DNA from: a virus
Reading direction: 5' to 3' (one strand)
IMG/VR virus record: IMGVR_UViG_3300025407_001359
Length of the DNA stretch: 64,000 nucleotides
Part shown: in pieces, positions 56,254 to 64,000 of the stretch
How positions within the stretch are numbered: the first letter of the stretch is position 1
Layout of the letters: each line of letters starts with the position of its first letter
The notes under the pieces: generated by a model
Told to the model about the DNA's origin: nothing
Databases searched by the model: none
Seen by the model: only the letters and a program-made list of their open reading frames with translations
Made by a program: the position numbers and the translations under genes

Positions 56254-58539
56254 ATGAACCATAATCCAGAAATAGAATTAATTATTGCCAACGCGACCGA
56301 AGCTGCAAAAGATCGCAATCACGAATATGTGACCTTGGAACATCTAGCCCTTGGCTTGATAACATTTAAGCCCTGGAATGATTTGCTAACAGCATTTGGC
56401 ATAGATGTCAAAGGGTTGATAAATGATTTAGAGGACTATTTACAAAAACAAACATACATTGTCAGCACAGCCGAAGACAATATTCCAAAGAAAACACACA
56501 GCCTGGAACGTGTGTTTAATCGTGCATTTACTCAGGTGTTGTTTAGTGGACGTAATCACGTACAGACCATTGATATCTATTTAAGTATTGCATCAGAGAC
56601 CAACAGTCACGCCAGTTATTTCTTTGTCAAGTATGGACTTGAACGCAGTCAGCTGGTGGATTTCTACAATCAAAACTATGTAGAAAGCAAAGGACGCAAA
56701 ATAGCTGCCAATGCACGTGCCGATGAAATCTTAAACGAATATTGTGAAAATTTAAACGTGGCTGCCAAAGAAGGAAAAATTGATCCAGTGGTAGGACGCG
56801 AGTTTGAACTGGATGAAATTGCACAGGTCTTGGCCAAGCGTAACAAATCAAATGTGTTGATGGTGGGCGATGCTGGTGTAGGTAAAACTGCCATTGCCGA
56901 AGGTCTGGCACGTAACATTACCGAAGGCAAAGTTCCTGAATATCTACGTGACTATGTGGTATACAACTTAGACATTGGTAGCTTGCTGGCTGGAAGTAAA
57001 TATCGCGGTGAATTTGAAGAAAAATTCAAAGATGTCATTGGAGCCTTGGGAGCCAAAGGCAAGTGCGTGTTGTTTATCGACGAAGCACATCAAATGCGTG
57101 GTGCCGGATCTGGTAGCAACAGCTCAGTGGACTTTGCCAACATGATCAAACCGGCCTTGAGCAAAGGCAACATCAAAGTGTTGGCATCAACCACCTGGGA
57201 AGAATACACACAATCGTTTGAAAAAGATCGTGCCCTGATGCGTCGCTTTGTACGTATGACCATTGAAGAACCTACTCCGGCCATTGCCAAAAATATCTTG
57301 CGTGGCCTGCGTGAATACTTTGAAACATTCCACGGTGGTGAAATCAGTGACGCAGCCATTGATGCCGCTGTTGAATTGAGTGTGCGTTATCAACCAGATA
57401 AAAAATTACCAGACAAGGCCATCGACCTGATTGATACTGCGGCGGCCCGATTAAAAATCAATGCTGTTGACTGGTGTGTGCGTAAAACACACATTGTGGA
57501 TATTATCAGCAAATTTACAAAAATCCCAGCAGAACAAATTGGATCAGAGTCGACTAAAAATCTAGTTAACCTTGAAGACACTATCAAAACCAAATTGTAC
57601 GGACAAGACTCTGTGGTTGATACTGTGCTGGAAAAAATCTATGTTGCCCGTGCTGGACTCAAAAGTCTCAACAAACCAATTGGTAACTTTTTGTTTTTAG
57701 GGCCAACTGGCACAGGCAAAACCGAATTGGCCAAATTGCTGGCCGAAGGTATGGGAATGAAGATGTTGCGTTATGATATGAGTGAATATCAAGAAAAACA
57801 CGCTGTGGCCAAATTGATTGGTGCGCCACCGGGCTATGTGGGCTACGACGATAGCAATCTTGGCGGTGGCTTGCTGATTAGCGACATTGAAAAAAATCCC
57901 AACTGTGTGATCTTGTTTGACGAAGTTGAAAAGGCACACCCCGATATTATGAATATCCTGTTGCAATTGATGGACGAAGGCAATATTACCAGCTCAAACG
58001 GTAAAAAGGCCGATGCACGTAACGCCGTGGTTATTCTTACCAGTAACTTGGGTGCCAGTGCCAATGAACAAAACAACATTGGCTTTGGACGTGATTTACA
58101 AAAGTCAGGCGAAGATGACAAAGCGGTACGAGACTTCTTTAAACCTGAATTCCGTAATCGCTTGGATGCTATTTGCAAGTTTAACAAATTGAACGAAGTA
58201 AGTATCAAGAAAATTGTTGCCAAGTTCATCAACGAAGTCAACGAATTGTTGGCTGAAAAGAGCATACGTATTCGTTTAACTGAACGTGCAGTAGATCACC
58301 TAGCCGAAGTCGGATACGATAGCAAGATGGGCGCTAGACCTTTGGGTCGCAAGATCAGTGACTTGATCAAAGTGCCGCTCAGTAAAAAGATCTTGTTTGA
58401 ATCTATTCCAGCCAATACTGTGATCGAAGTAGACTGGGCAGATGAAAAGTTTGAATTTAACGCTGTAGATACTTTTACAGCAAACGTACCAATGATAGAC
58501 GCTAATGGATACATCGTTCTGGATTCAGTGCAATCCTAA
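56254..58539 (+). CDS. clpA: ClpA ATP-dependent unfoldase
   Basis: N-domain; GDAGVGKT and GPTGTGKT; IGAPPGYVG; IGF ClpP-docking loop. Confidence 0.95.
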   Translation: MNHNPEIELIIANATEAAKDRNHEYVTLEHLALGLITFKPWNDLLTAFGIDVKGLINDLEDYLQKQTYIVSTAEDNIPKKTHSLERVFNRAFTQVLFSGRNHVQTIDIYLSIASETNSHASYFFVKYGLERSQLVDFYNQNYVESKGRKIAANARADEILNEYCENLNVAAKEGKIDPVVGREFELDEIAQVLAKRNKSNVLMVGDAGVGKTAIAEGLARNITEGKVPEYLRDYVVYNLDIGSLLAGSKYRGEFEEKFKDVIGALGAKGKCVLFIDEAHQMRGAGSGSNSSVDFANMIKPALSKGNIKVLASTTWEEYTQSFEKDRALMRRFVRMTIEEPTPAIAKNILRGLREYFETFHGGEISDAAIDAAVELSVRYQPDKKLPDKAIDLIDTAAARLKINAVDWCVRKTHIVDIISKFTKIPAEQIGSESTKNLVNLEDTIKTKLYGQDSVVDTVLEKIYVARAGLKSLNKPIGNFLFLGPTGTGKTELAKLLAEGMGMKMLRYDMSEYQEKHAVAKLIGAPPGYVGYDDSNLGGGLLISDIEKNPNCVILFDEVEKAHPDIMNILLQLMDEGNITSSNGKKADARNAVVILTSNLGASANEQNNIGFGRDLQKSGEDDKAVRDFFKPEFRNRLDAICKFNKLNEVSIKKIVAKFINEVNELLAEKSIRIRLTERAVDHLAEVGYDSKMGARPLGRKISDLIKVPLSKKILFESIPANTVIEVDWADEKFEFNAVDTFTANVPMIDANGYIVLDSVQS

Positions 58540-59233
58540 TATTTCTATAGAACATACAACCAAAAAATACTTTGGTAAATATCTCTACAAAATTGTAGTG
58601 TATGCTCCAGCGGGTCGTTTGATCGACGCCAAAGGCTCAATGACCGAAGCTCTTGAACGACGTAAAGAAATAGCCAAACACATCAACTATGGCGGATACT
58701 GGGGCAGTCATCGCAACAAGGACATCAATCAGGCCGACATAAGTTTTTTAGAAAAATTACGAAACATTCGGCACGACAAAGCATCCGGAATCAAAATGCG
58801 GGTCGAAGAACCCAAAATACAAATTTATTCCAATGATGCAAAACAGCTGGAGCAGTTGGTAGATGCCAATTTTGCTGACAACGAAAAACAATATTTAGAA
58901 TCATTTGCTGGTCCAGAATCTGATCGCAGTGAACAACTGTTGAATTCAGGTGCCATTTTGAGAAAAACCAATATCGGGTACCGATACAAAGTCATACTCA
59001 AAGATGGACGATACAGCCCCGACGTTAAAAATCAACTGTTGAACTATTTTACCAATTTGGGCGAGGATCAAATCAAACTACCAAAAACTGGGCGTGATAT
59101 GCTGAGCAAAAGCACAGGTTTTATTTGGAACCTGTATTTTTATACCAACGATTTGAATGTGGTAACTTTTGTAAGTCTCATAAGCCCGGGTATAGTTTCA
59201 AATAGTCACGAGCTGGTTATTGCCTCAACATAA
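58505..59233 (+). CDS. Hypothetical protein
   Basis: 242-aa ORF overlapping the clpA end. Confidence 0.75.
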   Translation: MDTSFWIQCNPNISIEHTTKKYFGKYLYKIVVYAPAGRLIDAKGSMTEALERRKEIAKHINYGGYWGSHRNKDINQADISFLEKLRNIRHDKASGIKMRVEEPKIQIYSNDAKQLEQLVDANFADNEKQYLESFAGPESDRSEQLLNSGAILRKTNIGYRYKVILKDGRYSPDVKNQLLNYFTNLGEDQIKLPKTGRDMLSKSTGFIWNLYFYTNDLNVVTFVSLISPGIVSNSHELVIAST

Positions 59234-59262
59234 ATAATAGCATATTATTCAAGGAGCCCGTG

Positions 59263-59427
59263 ATGGCAAAACTTCAAGAAGATACACTAGTTATCAAAAT
59301 TAGCAAATTAATCAAAGATACAGACTCTGCTGGCACAGCATTGACCGAAGAGTTGATCACAAGTTTGGAAGCAGTAGTAGAAGAATTGGCTGGTGCCGGC
59401 GTCCTAGTTGAAATCACCACAGCCTAA
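59263..59427 (+). CDS. Small hypothetical protein; not in the ORF track
   Basis: CATAAATA at 59229; AAGGAG SD; 54 aa. Confidence 0.7.
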   Translation: MAKLQEDTLVIKISKLIKDTDSAGTALTEELITSLEAVVEELAGAGVLVEITTA

Positions 59428-59453
59428 AAATCAATCAATATAGAAAGCAATCA

Positions 59454-60329
59454 ATGAGCACAAAAAAAGTCAGTCAAAAAGACGCGGTAGCGATGATCAA
59501 AGAAGCCGCAGCCAAGCAAAAAACTCAAGCAGCAGCGCCTGCGCCACAACAAGGTACACCATTTGACTTTAGTAAAGTACATTTACACATTGGTATTCCT
59601 TGCTATGGTGGTATGGTGTCAGAGCCAACCATGACCAGCTTCCTACGTTTCACACTATTGGCCAGCCAAGCTGGACTCAATTGGAGCTTGGACACAATGG
59701 TCAATGAGAGTTTGGTAACACGTGCTCGTAACAACTTGATGGCCAAAATGATGACCAACACTACAGCCACACATTTTATGTTTATTGATGCTGATATTCG
59801 TTTCCAACCAGAATCAATTCTCAGTATGCTGGCCTATGACAAAGAAGTGATCGGTGGTTTATATCCTAAAAAAGCCTTGCCGGTAAACTATGTTATCAAC
59901 TTGAAACCACAGACCAAGATCCAAGGCGATATTTTCACAGTAGATACAATGGGCACAGGTTTCTTGTTGTTCAAACGTAGTGTATACGAAAAGTTAATTG
60001 CTGCTCACCCAGAGTGCAAGTATGTAGATGATGTGGGTTTAGGCAAGCAGTTTGAACCAATGATGTATTCAATCTTTGATTGTAAGATTGATGAGCGCGG
60101 ACATTATCTAAGTGAAGACTGGTTATTCTGCCGTCGTTGGCAAGAGCTAGGTGGCGAAATCTGGGCACACTCAAAAGTTCTGTTGAACCACGTGGGACAT
60201 TACGAGTATGCTGGTGACTTGGACAAGCTGAAGATTGCCGAGCGTGGATCCATGGGCATCATTGAAGATACCTTGGCTGCGCAAGGTGCCAAAATTGAAG
60301 AAACAACCACTGAACCGGCTAAGGAGTAA
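59454..60329 (+). CDS. GT-A fold glycosyltransferase
   Basis: IGIPCY, RARN, FIDAD, GTGFLL, SEDW. Confidence 0.85.
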   Translation: MSTKKVSQKDAVAMIKEAAAKQKTQAAAPAPQQGTPFDFSKVHLHIGIPCYGGMVSEPTMTSFLRFTLLASQAGLNWSLDTMVNESLVTRARNNLMAKMMTNTTATHFMFIDADIRFQPESILSMLAYDKEVIGGLYPKKALPVNYVINLKPQTKIQGDIFTVDTMGTGFLLFKRSVYEKLIAAHPECKYVDDVGLGKQFEPMMYSIFDCKIDERGHYLSEDWLFCRRWQELGGEIWAHSKVLLNHVGHYEYAGDLDKLKIAERGSMGIIEDTLAAQGAKIEETTTEPAKE

Positions 60330-60331
60330 AA

Positions 60332-60781
60332 ATGGCAGATACAGAAAAACTTCATTTTAAAATTGGCCTAGCTGGTACCTACTGGAATACTCATCCAATA
60401 TACAGTATTTTTGTCAATGACAACAATGTGGTACCGCCTACAAAAATTACCACTGCCAGTGAGGAACAGTTTTTTGTTGAATTTGATGTTGATGTAGTAG
60501 AAGGACCAGCTGTACTAAAAATACGTTTGGAAAACAAGACCTGGCGTGATACTCTTCAGAACGAAGAAAAAACCGAAATCCTCAAAGATATGCTGTTGAA
60601 TATCAAAAGCGTGGAAATCGATGATATCGATTTGGCAAATATGATCTATACCAAATCTGAGTTTGTGGGCGACGATGCTGAACGCCCTGTGCTAGATAAA
60701 TGTATAGATTTAGGCTGGAATGGCACTTGGAGTTTGCCGTTTGAAAGCCCATTCTACATTTGGCTACTAGAAAACATTTAA
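60332..60781 (+). CDS. Hypothetical protein
   Basis: AAGGAG SD. Confidence 0.75.
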   Translation: MADTEKLHFKIGLAGTYWNTHPIYSIFVNDNNVVPPTKITTASEEQFFVEFDVDVVEGPAVLKIRLENKTWRDTLQNEEKTEILKDMLLNIKSVEIDDIDLANMIYTKSEFVGDDAERPVLDKCIDLGWNGTWSLPFESPFYIWLLENI

Positions 60782-60813
60782 GATAAATATAGTAATACTA
60801 ACACTATTACTAT

Positions 60814-61797
60814 ATGTACATAAACGAACTAGCTGAACCCCAATTACTTGTAATTTATCCCGGTAGATTTCAGCCCTTTCACAAAGGGCATTATGCCGTT
60901 TACAATTGGCTGACAGGCAAGTTCGGTCGTAACAATGTCTATATTGCAACCAGCAATAAAACAGACGCTGTCAAATCCCCTTTTACTTTTGCAGAAAAAG
61001 CATATTTTATGCAACTTACAGGGGTTCCTGCTGACCGTATTGTACAGGCTGCCCAACCCTACAAGATTGAAGACGTGCTGGCTGGCGGGCATATTGCTGT
61101 GGCCAATCCTGCTAATACTGTGGTTGTATTTGCTGTCAGTCAAAAGGATATGGACGAGGATCCACGATTCAGTTTCGCTCCCAAGAAAGATGGTAATCCA
61201 TCTTATTTCCAAAAATTTACCACAATTAAACAAACAGAGTCAATGGACAAGCACGGTTATATCTTGACCGTTCCCACGTTTGATTTCAGCGTGGCTGGAG
61301 CACCGATGCGCAGCGGCACAGAGTTACGTAAACTGTATGCCAACAGCAATGAAAAACAAAGACAGGCCATAATTGCAGATTTGTTTGGCAAATACACTCG
61401 CGAAGCTGAGCAAATAATGAACAACAAGATACCAACCCCGGTATCGGAAACAGTCAGTGCTTTTGTACCGGCTCGACAAGACAACAATGATGGTTACTAT
61501 AAATTACTAGCGCATCGATATCGCAAAGATCCGCGATCACTGAGCAATAAAGAAAAAGAACAACTGCACAATTACATTATAAAACAAAAAGTTTTCAAAG
61601 AAGACGCAGCCGGAGTTGGTGTGGTCAAAGGCGGCAATGATCCTCGTTATTGTATGGCCACTGCGGGTGATCAAAACGACGTTACCGGCGATACCCTAGG
61701 CAAGGAAATGCAGGCTTACGGGTTGATTGGCAGAAAAAATCCACACACTGGACAAAAACCCGTAGGCAAAAACATAGGCAAAGGCAGTAAAGTATGA
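60814..61797 (+). CDS. HxGH nucleotidyltransferase (cytidylyltransferase-like/NMNAT-like)
   Basis: YPGRFQPFHKGH; SPFTFAEK; SGTELR; GATAAATA at 60782. Confidence 0.8.
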   Translation: MYINELAEPQLLVIYPGRFQPFHKGHYAVYNWLTGKFGRNNVYIATSNKTDAVKSPFTFAEKAYFMQLTGVPADRIVQAAQPYKIEDVLAGGHIAVANPANTVVVFAVSQKDMDEDPRFSFAPKKDGNPSYFQKFTTIKQTESMDKHGYILTVPTFDFSVAGAPMRSGTELRKLYANSNEKQRQAIIADLFGKYTREAEQIMNNKIPTPVSETVSAFVPARQDNNDGYYKLLAHRYRKDPRSLSNKEKEQLHNYIIKQKVFKEDAAGVGVVKGGNDPRYCMATAGDQNDVTGDTLGKEMQAYGLIGRKNPHTGQKPVGKNIGKGSKV

Positions 61798-62060
61798 ACG
61801 AACATACTATTACTGTTGACATTTATGCAGATTCTGGAGAGCCACGATACCGCATATATGTAGACAACAACTTGCTAACTGAACGTGATTTTACGTGGCC
61901 AAGTCACGAAATTTTTATACGTGAAAATATCATAGTTAATTTGGCCGAAGGCCCGCACCAGCTAAATGTGGAACTAGTTGGCAATCACGGCACAATAAAA
62001 CCTCGAAATATAACAGTTGACGGCAAACCAAGTTTATTCGACTTTACTATAGATGAATAA
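61794..62060 (+). CDS. Hypothetical protein
   Basis: ATGA overlap. Confidence 0.7.
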   Translation: MNEHTITVDIYADSGEPRYRIYVDNNLLTERDFTWPSHEIFIRENIIVNLAEGPHQLNVELVGNHGTIKPRNITVDGKPSLFDFTIDE

Positions 62061-62081
62061 ATACATAAACTGGAAACTATT

Positions 62082-62465
62082 ATGAGATCAAAAGAATTCG
62101 TTAGAGAAATGACAGATGCAGATGTTGCTAAATTACGCAAGGATGCAGAAGCTGGCATTAAATCATCTATAGACAAGCAAAGCGATGCCCGAATTGCAGC
62201 ACGGCGCAACCCTGCCAAAAAGCCATCATTTATGGCTCAAGTGGGCGACAAAATTATTGGTGGTGTCAAAGGTGCTGCCAAAGGATTTATGCACGGTAGC
62301 AATGCTATCAAAGAAGATGCTACCGCAGGTGCTACAGCTAGCCCAACGGTTGCTGTTTCCTTTGCACAACAGGGCAATGTACCAACAGAAATGATCAAGC
62401 GTCAAAAGGGTTATACAAATCAGTTGTCCAAAGGTGGCGCTGTTAATATTAAGAAGAGCAAATAA
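62082..62465 (+). CDS. Probable internal head protein
   Basis: MRSKEFVRE leader; KEDATAGATA. Confidence 0.65.
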   Translation: MRSKEFVREMTDADVAKLRKDAEAGIKSSIDKQSDARIAARRNPAKKPSFMAQVGDKIIGGVKGAAKGFMHGSNAIKEDATAGATASPTVAVSFAQQGNVPTEMIKRQKGYTNQLSKGGAVNIKKSK

Positions 62466-63055
62466 TGGATAACAATTTCAGTAACATTTTAGATATATTC
62501 AAGCGTTTGGACGAAACAGCAGGCTTTGAATTTGCTGGCGAAAAGCGTGGTCAAAAGCCAGGCGAACAATGGCGCGGAACAGATGCAGGCACACCCGGTA
62601 CTAAATTAGTTGGCGCCAGTGAAAGTATTGAAGAGTGCGACACAGAAATGAGTCCCTTAGAAGCCAAACTACGTGCTCGTTGGGAAGCTACCAAAAAAGG
62701 ACTGGCCGAATACGGTATGACCACTGGTGGTACTGCTGCAACAGGTCCAACCGATGATGCCAACGCACAAACACCACAAACTCCAGATCCGGCTGCCGCT
62801 CAAAAATTAAAAGCCGGTGTGCAAAGTTTAAAATCTGCAGGCCTGGACATTGACCCAAACAAATTGGATCAAGCATTGACCAAAGCTGGCTCAGGTGCAG
62901 ACATCAGCAATCAAGATGAAAAAGCATTTGCAGCAATGGCTCCACAAATTGCTGGCATTGCTGGCAATCCACAATTGAATCAACAATTTAAACAGTTGCT
63001 GGATAAAAACAAACAGCAACAAGCTCAACAACAGAAAGCACAAGGTACGGTATAA
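62465..63055 (+). CDS. Probable internal head protein
   Basis: Low-complexity; Glu-containing linkers; Q-rich end. Confidence 0.65.
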   Translation: MDNNFSNILDIFKRLDETAGFEFAGEKRGQKPGEQWRGTDAGTPGTKLVGASESIEECDTEMSPLEAKLRARWEATKKGLAEYGMTTGGTAATGPTDDANAQTPQTPDPAAAQKLKAGVQSLKSAGLDIDPNKLDQALTKAGSGADISNQDEKAFAAMAPQIAGIAGNPQLNQQFKQLLDKNKQQQAQQQKAQGTV

Positions 63056-64000
63056 TGTTTTTAGATGATATTGTAAATCCACTTAATGAATTAAGCAAGG
63101 ACCAATTAAAAAAATATATTAAGGCCAATGCAGCTGATGCTGTCCAACGTACCAGTAGTGACAGTTTTAAATCTGGTGCCGCTGGTGACAAATACAACAA
63201 ATCAGAATTTGATACCCCCGTTGACCGCAAACGTGAGCGCGGTATGGATCGTGCATTAAACAAGCTAGCTCGAGAAGACAGCAATGATTTTTCTGCTGTA
63301 GATAGTACAAGTCCTATTCACGGTGGCTTAGAAGAAGATGGTCCAATGGCCGTACCAGCTCTGGGTGCTGTGGGTGCTCGTGCTCAGAAAGATTTATTTG
63401 CTACTCCACAACAATTTATTGCTCAGCAGACCAATCTCAAAGCCGGCGGCAATGCTCCAGTTCAATGGAAAAAATTAACTCCAACTACTGCACAGGATCT
63501 TGGTGTTAGAGTTGATGCACAATATGTTGCAGCACCCAATGGTGGTATAACTATTAAAGGTCTAGCAACTAGTTATGAAAACAAAACACAATTTCCATTT
63601 GCAATGACCATTGATGCTGATCATCAAATTCGTTACAAGAACGTTGAAAAATTAAATGATGACGAACTAGATGCGGTATTCCAAAACTTGGCCAGCAACG
63701 GATTGTTAGATAGACAATACATCAATCCACTAAAGGCACAGTTAGCCGAAGATAAAAAAAGTGAAGTAGAAAAACACGCCAAGGATCAAGAGTATGTACG
63801 TAACGATCCTATCCTACACTACGGCGGCAACATTGCTGGTGTTAAGAGTGCAGTTCGTCAGGCCAAGAAAAAACATCCTACAGCAAAGAACGACGTAGAA
63901 GCTATGTTTGCACAGATTGGCGACGAAGGCGATATTAATCAAAGCCAAGAACAACTACTACAAAAACACAAACGTGTTATCAATCAATTGACTCAACAAG
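63055..64000 (+). CDS. Probable internal head protein; 3'-truncated by the window edge
   Basis: MFLDDIVNPLNELSKDQLKKYIKA...; the frame is open to the window end. Confidence 0.7.
   Translation, partial: MFLDDIVNPLNELSKDQLKKYIKANAADAVQRTSSDSFKSGAAGDKYNKSEFDTPVDRKRERGMDRALNKLAREDSNDFSAVDSTSPIHGGLEEDGPMAVPALGAVGARAQKDLFATPQQFIAQQTNLKAGGNAPVQWKKLTPTTAQDLGVRVDAQYVAAPNGGITIKGLATSYENKTQFPFAMTIDADHQIRYKNVEKLNDDELDAVFQNLASNGLLDRQYINPLKAQLAEDKKSEVEKHAKDQEYVRNDPILHYGGNIAGVKSAVRQAKKKHPTAKNDVEAMFAQIGDEGDINQSQEQLLQKHKRVINQLTQQ

Noticed and set aside
1-64000. Alternative genetic code or integrase/prophage boundary
   Set aside because: Conserved genes are full length under the standard code, and no integrase, att-like site or transposase was seen.

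Overview
A 64-kb slice of a large lytic dsDNA phage (T4-like or jumbo myovirus type). It is gene-dense, reads almost entirely on the + strand and uses the standard genetic code. A proteobacterial host, probably betaproteobacterial, is inferred from the tmRNA tag, the Bug/TctC proteins and ErpA. Layout: (1-4.5 kb) late, probably virion-packaged multidomain proteins (amidoligase, RelE/YafQ-like plus GNAT-like, ParB-like). (4.6-24 kb) Early region driven by near-consensus sigma70 promoters, with many small ORFs, ATP-dependent DNA ligase, metallophosphoesterase, AhpC/AhpD, a flavin halogenase, TctB/TctA and IF-1. An RNA island at 6.3-6.96 kb holds a circularly permuted (two-piece) tmRNA with a 100-nt structured spacer, plus an unassigned structured RNA. 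(24.9-33.6 kb) SOD, ErpA and tail/baseplate genes. (33.6-40.6 kb) DnaE fragment, GroES, clamp loader, HAD nucleotidase, PhoH and a methyltransferase. (40.6-49.4 kb) An unusual cluster of three paralogous PP-loop (SGGxDS) enzymes, two TctC binding proteins, a split signal-less DctP, and sulfotransferase-like and oxygenase-like genes. (50.5-55.1 kb) Lysis module: GH19 endolysin, spanins and a holin with an FG-repeat tail. (55.4-64 kb) DnaJ, ClpA, a glycosyltransferase, an HxGH nucleotidyltransferase and internal-head-like proteins. No CRISPR array, tRNA, rRNA, integrase or transposase was seen. All family assignments come from motif recognition by eye, not from database searches.
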